Source: Patescibacteria group bacterium (lineage in GTDB: Bacteria > Patescibacteriota > Patescibacteriia > JAXHNJ01). Taken from it: 64,000 bases of DNA. Positions 1-8,609 of this stretch are shown in pieces; the stretch's first letter is position 1; the number at the start of each line of letters is the position of its first letter. The position numbers were made by a program, and so were the translations under genes. Location of the stretch: the NCBI GenBank assembly GCA_041649715.1, contig JBAZMP010000001.1:82741-146740 (forward strand). Reading direction: 5' to 3'. The notes below the pieces were generated by a model. It made no database searches. It had not been told where the DNA came from and was given only the letters and a program-made list of their open reading frames with translations.

Positions 1-12
1 GAGGCAGATGGT

Positions 13-89
13 GGGCGCGTAGCTCAGTTGGTTAGAGCGCGTCACTGATAATGACGAGGTCATAGGTTCGATTCCTATCGCGCCCACCA
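13..89 (+). tRNA. tRNA-Ile(GAT)
   Basis: Cloverleaf: GGGCGCG/CGCGCCC acceptor stem, loop CTGATAA, T-loop TTCGATT, encoded CCA. Confidence 0.96.
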
Positions 90-117
90 TTTGCCTCTTA
101 ATAGCGTCACTGACTCG

Positions 118-228
118 TCCCGCACCAAATGCCTGTGAAAATTTGCCTGGGTAGCTCAGTGGTAGAGCGAAGGACTGAAAATCCTTGCGTCGCCAGTCCG
201 ATTCTGGCCCCAGGCATTTGGTGCGGGA
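118..228. repeat. 18-bp perfect inverted repeat enclosing tRNA-Phe
   Basis: TCCCGCACCAAATGCCTG (118-135) / CAGGCATTTGGTGCGGGA (211-228). Confidence 0.9.
145..216 (+). tRNA. tRNA-Phe(GAA)
   Basis: GCCTGGG/CCCAGGC acceptor stem, anticodon loop CTGAAAA; T-loop is TCCGATT; no encoded CCA. Confidence 0.93.
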
Positions 229-253
229 TAAAATCCGGACTATAAATATTAAA

Positions 254-385
254 GAAAATCCTGGAGCCTGCCCCGCACTTTGAGCAAAGCGAAATAGTGC
301 GGGGTCGCCAGTCCGCCGTGAACTACTAAAGAGTTCACGACGCCATGTACCCTTTAGTGGTACATGGCGATTCTGGCCCCAGACA
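254..385 (+). pseudogene. Second copy of the tRNA-Phe 3' half, interrupted by two hairpin insertions (267-304, 315-368)
   Basis: GAAAATCCTGGAG|insert|TCGCCAGTCC|insert|GATTCTGGCCCCAGACA aligns to the 3' half of 145-216. Confidence 0.85.
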
Positions 386-407
386 TCAACATTTTTAAAA
401 TTTTACT

Positions 408-1220
408 ATGAATAAAAAGCCTCTTATCACTTTTACCAGTGATTTTGGCGTTCAATCACAGGGCGTGGGGATGATGGAGGGAGCCGCTTTTAATATAAAT
501 CCAGAGATAAAGGTGATTCATCTAGCGCATGGCATTCCGGATTTCGATATTATCACTGGGGCGCGGATACTAGAGACAGTTTTTTATTTACCGGTCGGTT
601 TTCATGTTTGCGTGGTGGATCCCGGCGTAGGCGGGAAGAGAAAATGTTTGGCCATAAAGGTAAAAAGAGGCGATTATCTAATTGGTCCGGATAACGGCGT
701 ATTGATTCCCGCCGCCAGAAGATTAGGCGGGGTTGAAAAAGTGGCCGAGTTGCAAAATAAAAAATACATGGCCCCTTGCGTGTCTCCCATTTTTCACGGC
801 CGCGATATTTTTGCGCCGGCCGCCGCCTGGCTTTCGCGGGGAGTAAAATTAGAAGAGTTGGGGCCCATACTGGACCGGCAGGCATTGGCCGCGGCTCCCT
901 ACGAAGAAGCGACGGCCAAAGGCAATATTATTGAGGCAAGGATTATTTCCGTCAATAAATTCGGTTCAATTCATCTTAATATCACCCATCAATTATGGGG
1001 CGAGTGGAAATTGAATTTTCAAGACGTGGTCCAGCTCGAATTTGGCGAATGTAAATTGCGCCTACTGGTCGTTAATGTTTTCGGGGATGTTATGGTCGGC
1101 GAACCATTGATCATGAAAGATGATTATGGCCGAATTCAAGTTTCCATTAACCAGGGTTCATTCGCCGATGAATACCCGATTGAAATAGGGCAAAAAGTAC
1201 TAGTGAAGAAATTAAAATAA
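408..1220 (+). CDS. SAM hydrolase / SAM-dependent halogenase family protein (DUF62)
   Basis: Motifs TSDFG, VVDPGVG, GPDNG, FHGRDIF. Confidence 0.9.
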   Translation: MNKKPLITFTSDFGVQSQGVGMMEGAAFNINPEIKVIHLAHGIPDFDIITGARILETVFYLPVGFHVCVVDPGVGGKRKCLAIKVKRGDYLIGPDNGVLIPAARRLGGVEKVAELQNKKYMAPCVSPIFHGRDIFAPAAAWLSRGVKLEELGPILDRQALAAAPYEEATAKGNIIEARIISVNKFGSIHLNITHQLWGEWKLNFQDVVQLEFGECKLRLLVVNVFGDVMVGEPLIMKDDYGRIQVSINQGSFADEYPIEIGQKVLVKKLK

Positions 1221-1297
1221 CGGGGCGTAGCGCAGTTGGCTAGCGCGCCTGCTTTGGGAGCAGGAGGTCGCGAGTTCAAATCTCGCCGCCCCGACCA
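1221..1297 (+). tRNA. tRNA-Pro(TGG)
   Basis: CGGGGCG acceptor stem, loop TTTGGGA, CCA end; begins directly after the upstream stop codon. Confidence 0.95.
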
Positions 1298-1306
1298 GTC
1301 ATTCTC

Positions 1307-2149
1307 ATGAAATATATATACATAATTCTCTTATTGGCAGTTTTGGGCGCAAGCCTATTTTTTGGAATAAGAGAATTTACGGCCTCTAATAATAGAAATA
1401 CAAATATTAATCCTAATACAAATATTAATCAAGGTTTCAATCAAAACACCAATCAAGCAGTTAATGCGGGCCCGGAAAATAATAATATCAATATCCCGAC
1501 GGAAGTCATTAATGCCAATATTGCGGTTGAATCGGTCCAGGGAGTTAGGCCGGAAATTACCAGGGGTAATACCGAAAAAAAGCAGGTTATCTTTACTTTT
1601 GACGCCGGATCGGGCATTCAGTCAGCGCAAAAAATATTGGACACCTTGAAAAATCATAATTTAACGGCCACTTTTTTTCTGACCGGCAAATGGATAGAAA
1701 AAAATCCGGATCTGGTGGAAAAAATGAGCGTCGCCGGCCATGAAATTTTCAACCACACTTATGATCATCCGCACCTGACCCAGATTTCCGACGCAGAAAT
1801 TGCGGATGAGCTTAAAAAAATGGATGATCTGATGCTTTATTACACTAATCAAACGACGAAACCATATTTCCGACCGCCTTACGGGGACAGGAATGCCCAT
1901 GTTGTGGAAATTGCCGGCAACCAAGGCTACACATCCGTTTTTTGGACGGTAGACGCTTTGGACTGGGAAGAAAGTACGGGTATGACCGCCGCCAAGGTTA
2001 AAGACAGAATTATTTCAAAGTTAGCGCCGGGCAACATTTACCTGATGCACGTGGGCGACAATATTACCGGCGAGATTTTGGAAGAAATGATCCAAAAAAT
2101 CCAGAATCAGGGTTACAAAATCGTCAGTCTGACCGAAGGGTTAAAATAG
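1307..2149 (+). CDS. Membrane-anchored polysaccharide deacetylase (NodB/CE4)
   Basis: TFDAG, NHTYDH, FRPPYG and LMH motifs; N-terminal TM helix and Asn-rich linker. Confidence 0.9.
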   Translation: MKYIYIILLLAVLGASLFFGIREFTASNNRNTNINPNTNINQGFNQNTNQAVNAGPENNNINIPTEVINANIAVESVQGVRPEITRGNTEKKQVIFTFDAGSGIQSAQKILDTLKNHNLTATFFLTGKWIEKNPDLVEKMSVAGHEIFNHTYDHPHLTQISDAEIADELKKMDDLMLYYTNQTTKPYFRPPYGDRNAHVVEIAGNQGYTSVFWTVDALDWEESTGMTAAKVKDRIISKLAPGNIYLMHVGDNITGEILEEMIQKIQNQGYKIVSLTEGLK

Positions 2150-2195
2150 ATAAAATTGGCTTGTCATAGAGACAAATTTATGGCATGCTTATGGC

Positions 2196-3083
2196 ATGCC
2201 TGTTTTAGATTTTATCAAAGAAAATTCAAGCAGAGAGCCTGTAGGCGGTATATATAATTTTTTGCCCCCGGATTTGGACAAGATCAAAGCGATTGAAGTT
2301 GACACGTACTCGCAAAGGGCGGAGAAATTTAACGAAGAAAAGATTTTGAAGGGTAGCTTTTCCGAATTAAAACTATTTACTCCGATTTTTAACCAGGGAA
2401 AAGAAGGCAAATTGTTTTTGGAAATCGGAGGCGGTGACGGCCGTTTCGCCCTTCAATTAATGAAGCAGGGCTATAAGGTGGTGGAAACGGATATTGCTCC
2501 GGGTTCTGTTAAAAAAGCCCGCTATTTCGCAAAAAAACTGGGAGTGGCGGAGAATAACTATTTTATGGCGGTAGACGCGGAAAATCTGCCTTTTGATAGC
2601 GAGGTGTTTGACGGGGTATTTATGGTCGCTTCCCTGCACCATTTACCGGATTTCAGAAAGGCTCTAGCCGAAATTTACCGTGTGACGAAAAAAGATTCTC
2701 CGGTTTTGATCCTGCGCGAACCGGCCAGCTGGTTCCATTATGTTTTTTGGCCGATCATTGTCAGTTTCCGCGGGCTTATCAGAAGAAGGAATAAAGGCGA
2801 AGCAAAATCGCTGGCCGATGATGTGACGATGGGTTTTTCCCGCGGCAAATTAAAAAGAATATTTGCGGCCGCCGGTTTTACCGAAATAAAAATAACGCCG
2901 GTCGATTATTTGCGTAAATATAATACTTACTTTTGCTATATTTTTAACCGTCTTTTCAAAACAAATTTTTCTGAAAATACGAAAATCAACTATTTTTTGG
3001 CAAAAATAGATAAAATGATCGGCAAAATTCCCCTGATAAAAGAGTTGGCCTGGGATTGGGATTGCGTGATGTCTAAAAAATAG
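2196..3083 (+). CDS. Class I SAM-dependent methyltransferase
   Basis: LEIGGGDG motif I; DAENLPF..FD; LHH. Confidence 0.88.
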   Translation: MPVLDFIKENSSREPVGGIYNFLPPDLDKIKAIEVDTYSQRAEKFNEEKILKGSFSELKLFTPIFNQGKEGKLFLEIGGGDGRFALQLMKQGYKVVETDIAPGSVKKARYFAKKLGVAENNYFMAVDAENLPFDSEVFDGVFMVASLHHLPDFRKALAEIYRVTKKDSPVLILREPASWFHYVFWPIIVSFRGLIRRRNKGEAKSLADDVTMGFSRGKLKRIFAAAGFTEIKITPVDYLRKYNTYFCYIFNRLFKTNFSENTKINYFLAKIDKMIGKIPLIKELAWDWDCVMSKK

Positions 3084-3125
3084 GTCTTGAAAAAAAATAT
3101 ATTTCGTGGCATCCTTTAAAATAAT

Positions 3126-3481
3126 GCGGGTATAGTATAATGGCTATTACCTGCCCGACTGCTTTGACAGCAGTCAAGGCGGGCGGGTGTCAGCTTTCTC
3201 CCGCAAAATAAGGAAGCGGAGCGACTATATTTTTCGAGGATCCCGCACGCAAAATAATAGTGTTCATTAAGCGGGCATAGTATAATGGCTATTATGTCAG
3301 CTTTCCAAGCTGAAAATACGGGTTCGATTCCCGTTGCCCGCTTAATGAGTGTTATTTTTCGGGATCCTCGCAACAAGATGGATTCACTTTGTTCATCTCA
3401 TCGTTGCGGGACAAGCTGAAAATACGGGTTCTGCGCCCGAGGCGCATCCGCCTTGGGTGGAGATTCCCGTTACCCGCTCCA
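3126..3481 (+). pseudogene. Complete tRNA-Gly(TCC) split into four pieces (3126-3149, 3188-3198, 3412-3431, 3462-3481) by three insertions
   Basis: The joined pieces give a full 75-nt cloverleaf with CCA. Confidence 0.88.
3271..3342 (+). tRNA. tRNA-Gly(TCC), intact, nested inside the split copy
   Basis: GCGGGCA/TGCCCGC acceptor stem, loop TTTCCAA, GGTTCGATTCC. Confidence 0.93.
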
Positions 3482-3579
3482 ATTTTTTTCGCTTTTAATA
3501 AGACTTGTTCTGCCGTTGGCAGGGGCCCTGCCCCAAAATTATTATTTTTAACGCCCATTAAGGCGATTTTTTTGTAAAA

Positions 3580-4275
3580 TTATAACACCGACTGTAATTT
3601 CTTTTTTGCTGAATTATAAAATTTTTCTGCTATTTCATATCCAGAAAAAGATCCCCCATTCTTTAAAACACTAACGCCTAAGTTTGCCGTACCCATAAAT
3701 GGGTCTAATATGTTCATGCCAGTTCTGAAATATTTTTTTATTATAAAATCAATTAATTCTTTGGGTTCAGCACAAGGATGTTCATTTGAATGCTTATAAT
3801 TAAAATAAAGAATTTCTCCAGTTTTATATTCAATTTTTGATTTATTAAAGACCAAGATTTGATGGCAATTAGAATGTGTGTTTGAAGAAGTCAAGTAATT
3901 TTTATCAAAACCATGATTGGGTAATTCAAAGCTATTTTTTGTATTTATAAAATTAATATGCCTTGTTTCCAAAAACATGTTAGCATTAACAACGGCATAT
4001 TTTTGAATCAAGCCAGCTAGTTGAATAAACTTGTTGTTAAAAAAGATGCTATCGGCAATTTCTATAATTAATCGGCCATCTTTTTTAAGTGTTTTTGCGC
4101 ATTCTTTAATTACATTCTTCATGAAGTTGAAATATTTTTCTAATTTTAATTTGTCAGTATAGCTGCCGTAATATGTCCCTATATTGTACGGTGGGCTAAA
4201 AAAGACAATGTCAACTGATTTTGGCTTAATTTCATTCATCGATTCCGATGATTTGTTAAAAATTGTATATTTCAT
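3580..4275 (-). CDS. Orphan N4/N6 DNA methyltransferase (beta class)
   Basis: SPPY catalytic motif near the N-terminus, DPFMGT SAM-binding motif near the C-terminus; AT-rich. Confidence 0.88.
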   Translation of the reverse strand: MKYTIFNKSSESMNEIKPKSVDIVFFSPPYNIGTYYGSYTDKLKLEKYFNFMKNVIKECAKTLKKDGRLIIEIADSIFFNNKFIQLAGLIQKYAVVNANMFLETRHINFINTKNSFELPNHGFDKNYLTSSNTHSNCHQILVFNKSKIEYKTGEILYFNYKHSNEHPCAEPKELIDFIIKKYFRTGMNILDPFMGTANLGVSVLKNGGSFSGYEIAEKFYNSAKKKLQSVL

Positions 4276-4411
4276 ATTAATATCATAGCTAAAGACAGCT
4301 TATCTGTAAATCTGGCCCATAATAATCAATAGAATCACCCATAAAATATGTCATTGTTTATTCTGCGGCCTAGATAAAGACTTACTTAAAGTATGAGTAT
4401 TAACTTGTTTT

Positions 4412-4440
4412 TTGACAATAAAAGTTATTGTCCTTATAAT
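4412..4440 (+). promoter_or_regulatory. Consensus sigma70 promoter
   Basis: TTGACA-17 bp-TATAAT. Confidence 0.8.
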
Positions 4441-4446
4441 ATAAAT

Positions 4447-4575
4447 AGTTCTTAAGAGACGCTTTTTTCCAAAGCCGGGCAAACAGGTATCGTAACAGTC
4501 GCATAATATGAGGTGGTTCCAATCCACCCTGTTAGATAGCCCGGTACCCCTGCATGTCGCATGCGGGGGTTTTCT
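4447..4575 (+). ncRNA. Putative small structured RNA with a T-arm-like hairpin
   Basis: Lies between a perfect promoter and an intrinsic terminator; no convincing ORF; nested stems. Confidence 0.45.
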
Positions 4576-4651
4576 TATGGAGTGAAAAAGGCTAAGTATT
4601 GCCAAAAGAGAATAAAATGCTTATACTTTTGATATATTGATGGGAAAATAG

Positions 4652-4736
4652 GCCGCCGTGGTGAAATTGCCGTGAACCACTAAAGGGTTCACGGCAACCC
4701 CGCACCCTTTAGTGGTGCGGGGTGGTATACACGCAA
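4652..4736 (+). pseudogene. Copy of the tRNA-Leu 5' part, interrupted in the D-loop by a 55-bp twin-hairpin element (4669-4723)
   Basis: GCCGCCGTGGTGAAATT|insert|GGTATACACGCAA is identical to 5011-5040. Confidence 0.92.
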
Positions 4737-4747
4737 TAATTAATATT

Positions 4748-5005
4748 ATGCATACAGTCTATATCCTTTTACTTTCGAATAAACAATTATACACTGGAAT
4801 CACTACAAATTTAATACGAAGAATAAATGAGCATAAAGAGAGAAAAAGTCCGTTTACAAAGAATCGATTGCCCGTTAAACTGATATTTTACGAAGTGTTT
4901 AACAATAAGGAAGATGCGGAAAAGAGAGAAAGATATTTTAAAACGAGTAAGGGGAAATATTCATTAAAGGCGTTACTACGACATGCATTGAGCAAATATA
5001 ATTGA
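4748..5005 (+). CDS. GIY-YIG nuclease family protein
   Basis: VYIL...LYTGIT..L.RR..EH and EKRERYFK motifs; ATG at 4748 preferred. Confidence 0.9.
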   Translation: MHTVYILLLSNKQLYTGITTNLIRRINEHKERKSPFTKNRLPVKLIFYEVFNNKEDAEKRERYFKTSKGKYSLKALLRHALSKYN

Positions 5006-5010
5006 TCCAT

Positions 5011-5097
5011 GCCGCCGTGGTGAAATTGGTATACACGCAAGACTTAAAATCTTGTGGGAGCAATCCCGTGTCGGTCCGAGTCCGACCGGCGGCACCA
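5011..5097 (+). tRNA. tRNA-Leu(TAA)
   Basis: Long variable arm, loop CTTAAAA, CCA; T-loop TCCGAGT. Confidence 0.94.
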
Positions 5098-5218
5098 AAA
5101 AATAGGCCACGTAACTGATGGTCTGTTTTTTTGATATGATCCTTGACTTTAGGCGTTAGTAATGCTAAAATATATGAGTAAACAACGAATTTTGATATTA
5201 AAAAAATAAAAATATATT

Positions 5219-5635
5219 ATGACTTACGAAGAAAAAAAACAAATCTTAAACAATCATAAAAAGGAAAAAAATTATTATTACGCGATTTTGGCTCTTATTT
5301 GCCTAAATTTTATTTATGGTCTTATTGTGTCTATTCCAAAGTTTAAGGATATAAGTATGCCTGACAAAACTGATCTTGCCGGTTTTGGTCTCATCCCGGC
5401 CGGCATGGTTATAGTCGCCTTGATTATAGCCATTGGATTACAGGTATTATATTTTTATGGAATTTTACGGCTACAAGGCTGGGTGACGATATTCATGTGG
5501 ATTGGTTTTATCGGCTCAATCTTATCTTTTGACCTGGTAAACATAATCATTACAGCCGTCATATTATTCGGCTATAAAAAAGTGTTAAAAATATTCAAAT
5601 CAACGATTCCTGCTCAGCCAAAGCCACAAAGCTAA
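5219..5635 (+). CDS. Hypothetical membrane protein
   Basis: About four hydrophobic segments; upstream TTGACT/TAAAAT promoter. Confidence 0.7.
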   Translation: MTYEEKKQILNNHKKEKNYYYAILALICLNFIYGLIVSIPKFKDISMPDKTDLAGFGLIPAGMVIVALIIAIGLQVLYFYGILRLQGWVTIFMWIGFIGSILSFDLVNIIITAVILFGYKKVLKIFKSTIPAQPKPQS

Positions 5636-5672
5636 CCATAGAAACAATTAAAACATATAATGATAAAAATCC

Positions 5673-6386
5673 ATGAAAAATAAAATCTTAATCGGTTTGT
5701 TTATTTTTTGCCTCGCTTTGATTGGCGCCGGTTGTGGAGAAAGTACCGACACTCATAATATCAATAAATCTGCAACTATCGCCAACGTGACGATTCCTTC
5801 TTCCGGAACACTCGGCCGTTTTATGGGAAAATTGGACACCCTGGTCATTGCTTCGGAGGATCTGCCGGTCGCCTACGGTCCCTATAAAGGAACTGATGAT
5901 TATCAAGACTATGGATATTATAAAGCGAGCCATTTAAAGGAAGAAGAAGAAAAAGCCGGCTATAATGAAGGTGATTTAATCCAATTATATATCGCAGATA
6001 AGATTGTCTCAGCCAATGATTATGGGTTATCAAGCGTTGATTTAAGCTTTCATGAATTTAAAGATACGGCTACGGCGGCAAAAAATTACGCTTATAATAA
6101 AGGGTATTATTTAGAGATGGGGATAAAATCATTTTCCAATATAAAAGATGAACATTTCTATTATGGAGATACGTCTAGCGAATCAAGCAATTCCCAGTAC
6201 TCAACAACTCGTTGGGGCATAAGTATTCTGATTGACAACTTGTGGGTTAATATAAATATTGATTTGCCCGCTACGGCGACTGCCACGGAAATAAACAGCA
6301 TCGTTGATAATTGGTATAAAAAAGTGGAAGTATATCAGCCAGGAACAGCCGCCGATGTGACCGCGGAAAATGCCTCCGGCATATAG
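5673..6386 (+). CDS. Hypothetical lipoprotein
   Basis: Signal peptide with lipobox LIGAGC. Confidence 0.75.
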   Translation: MKNKILIGLFIFCLALIGAGCGESTDTHNINKSATIANVTIPSSGTLGRFMGKLDTLVIASEDLPVAYGPYKGTDDYQDYGYYKASHLKEEEEKAGYNEGDLIQLYIADKIVSANDYGLSSVDLSFHEFKDTATAAKNYAYNKGYYLEMGIKSFSNIKDEHFYYGDTSSESSNSQYSTTRWGISILIDNLWVNINIDLPATATATEINSIVDNWYKKVEVYQPGTAADVTAENASGI

Positions 6387-6486
6387 GATATACGCTAATA
6401 ATAATTTCCGTATAGTATTAATGTAGATATAATATTTGATATTATAAAAAACAGATCTCGAATCCAGGGTCTGTTTTATTTTATAA

Positions 6487-6918
6487 TTATATTCCTAAGG
6501 CAATAAGGATAATACCGATGGGAAACAAAGCCCAGTAAAAACTCGGGACGCCTGCAAACCAACTTTTATGCCACCAGATATCTTTATTATTTTTATTGAA
6601 TTTAGTCAAGCCGTAATGGGGATTCAGGACAAACCATAAAAAATCTTCCAAAGTCCACATCGAGATAAAGACCCCGAAAAGCAAGGCCTCTTTTTTCCAG
6701 GACCAACTGGCGAAAAACAGGGGAAAATGAAAAATAATCAGAGTGAAGAGAATGATAAAAATATGATAGCCCGTGATCGGTTTCTCCCCCATTTTCTTTT
6801 TTAGCCGGAAAGTGGGCAAGTCAGCCGCCCAGCCATGTTTGCCTTCAATTTGAACTTCCAGGGCGGCCAGCGCTAGACTCGCGGCCAAAGTAAAAAATAT
6901 TAGTGATATTATCTGCAT
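6487..6918 (-). CDS. Hypothetical membrane protein
   Basis: Multi-TM ORF with EVQIEG.HGWA and EDFLWF segments. Confidence 0.75.
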   Translation of the reverse strand: MQIISLIFFTLAASLALAALEVQIEGKHGWAADLPTFRLKKKMGEKPITGYHIFIILFTLIIFHFPLFFASWSWKKEALLFGVFISMWTLEDFLWFVLNPHYGLTKFNKNNKDIWWHKSWFAGVPSFYWALFPIGIILIALGI

Positions 6919-6992
6919 ACACTAATTTTACCACAAACAAAAAAGCGGGGGAACCCGCTTTTTTGCCTTAATATGCTTTACTAATTTATTTT

Positions 6993-7484
6993 TTACAGTA
7001 TCTCCATTTTTATAACTTTAACTCCCCATTGGATCGCATCTGTCTTGGTGGGCATCCAGATATCGGCGATATATCTGCCTTTGTTGGCTGCCATGCGGTC
7101 AGTCACGGTAAAAACTTTGTCTCCGAATTTTTCCGGAAACCTAACTTTAGTGCCGAAGGGCAGATAATTATAGGCAATAATGCCATCCCGGACTTTTTCT
7201 CCCGAAGCGGTGGTAAAGGGGTCGTTGTCGCATTCTTCACGGCTTGAGGAATAAGCGGTTACCGAAAGCTTGATTATCTTCCGCGGCTGACGATTGGCAA
7301 TTTCAGGCAGTCCGGTCAAGGACTTTATTTTTTCAACCTGCCGATAATCATTTTGATTAAGGATTGATATTTCTTTAGCTTGGACTTTTTCCGTTTGCGG
7401 GAAGAACCAGCTTAATAGACTAAAAAGCGCGATGAACGCAATAATTTTTTCCGGATTAAAGACCAATCGGGCCTTCATCTTCAT
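6993..7484 (-). CDS. 3D-domain cell-wall protein
   Basis: VTAYSS...D.DPFTTASG, LPFGTKV, DRM, ADIW. Confidence 0.85.
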   Translation of the reverse strand: MKMKARLVFNPEKIIAFIALFSLLSWFFPQTEKVQAKEISILNQNDYRQVEKIKSLTGLPEIANRQPRKIIKLSVTAYSSSREECDNDPFTTASGEKVRDGIIAYNYLPFGTKVRFPEKFGDKVFTVTDRMAANKGRYIADIWMPTKTDAIQWGVKVIKMEIL

Positions 7485-7627
7485 GGGTAATTTAGTTACT
7501 GGCTTAGACCTTGCTTCGCTCTTTATTCCTAAATTCGCGAGAGCAAAGTATCAAAAAACTGCTAACCTTAGAGAAAAATAGCAGTTTGTTGATATATCAC
7601 CTTAGCACATCCATAAATTTTGTCAAG

Positions 7628-7687
7628 CCCCGTTGGAAATCCAGAAAAATCAGCGCCATGATCGGCAAATGATAATTTCTAACAGGG
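7628..7687. repeat. CCCGTT(A/G)GAAAT...ATTTCTAAC(A/G)GG palindromic element
   Basis: Related copies at 31418-31483, 39951-39977 and a half copy at 41824. Confidence 0.65.
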
Positions 7688-7752
7688 TAAGGGGCCTTTT
7701 TGGTAAAGAAAAAACCGTTCCGAGGGGAACGGTTATTGTTCAAAGGTGATAT

Positions 7753-8163
7753 TTACTCGAAATTCCAGTATTTCGGGCCGTTTGGACACTGATTGTTCAT
7801 GTCATCCCAGGTGGTGATCTCCAGCTGTTTTGCGATCAGGGTGTAGCTGATCACACCGGGGCCGCAAAGATACTGGTCGAGAATGATGTTTTTACAACAA
7901 TCATCATACCGCCGGACAAGGACCCGGGTACAGCCGTTCACCGGTTTGATAATCTTGAGTTCATACGGAATGAGATCGAGATTTCGGCGCGAATCATGGC
8001 GGGATTGGTTGTCGGGGTTGTAGATGAAGGTGATGTCCTTCATCTGAAAGACATAGAGTCCGTCGGAATTTGTGTTGATCTCATTGGGGTCAAGGAGGCA
8101 TGAGGAGGTTAAGCCGAAGATTATAAGCAGGGTCATAATAAACATCTTGTTCATTTTGATCAC
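7753..8163 (-). CDS. Hypothetical Cys-containing lipoprotein in a stand-alone cassette
   Basis: Lipobox LTSSC; own TTGACA-17-TAAGAT promoter and terminator. Confidence 0.7.
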   Translation of the reverse strand: MIKMNKMFIMTLLIIFGLTSSCLLDPNEINTNSDGLYVFQMKDITFIYNPDNQSRHDSRRNLDLIPYELKIIKPVNGCTRVLVRRYDDCCKNIILDQYLCGPGVISYTLIAKQLEITTWDDMNNQCPNGPKYWNFE

Positions 8164-8609
8164 CTCGTTTTAGGAAAGGACATTTGTTTCACAGCACCTT
8201 TGAAAAATCATCTTAGCGCAAAATTGATATTTTGTCAAGCCTAAAAATTATTTCAAGATTTATGTCTGTTGGGATGATTTGCGGACTAGGCCGATTTTAA
8301 GAAAAAAATTTATAATTTTTTCGCATCTTGATTAAGGAATTTGCCCTTGATAAATATACTTTTTTTTATTCTTGATCAGTGAATATTATCAGCCGCATGG
8401 AATAACTTCGGGAAATTTATTTGGCTAGATAACCGACATTTTTGTTTATTATATTGTTATTATTAAGCGCATACTATCTGAAAAATTTTTCAAGGCCAGC
8501 TCTTTTTCGCCCCTATCTATTGTCTGCCAGGAAGAGTATACTATAATCAGGCTCTCTTTAAAGGAGCGCACCTTGTCCAAGGTGCTAAGTTAACCAAAGA
8601 AAGCATCTT

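Noticed and set aside
3116-3577. ORFs across the tRNA-Gly region
   Set aside because: They overlap tRNA and hairpin sequence and are spurious
4474-4545. c-di-GMP-I riboswitch
   Set aside because: Only GGGCAAAC matches; the GNRA/receptor architecture is not evident
4712-4747. N-terminal extension of the GIY-YIG ORF
   Set aside because: Derives from the hairpin insert and tRNA fragment; the ATG at 4748 fits the family start
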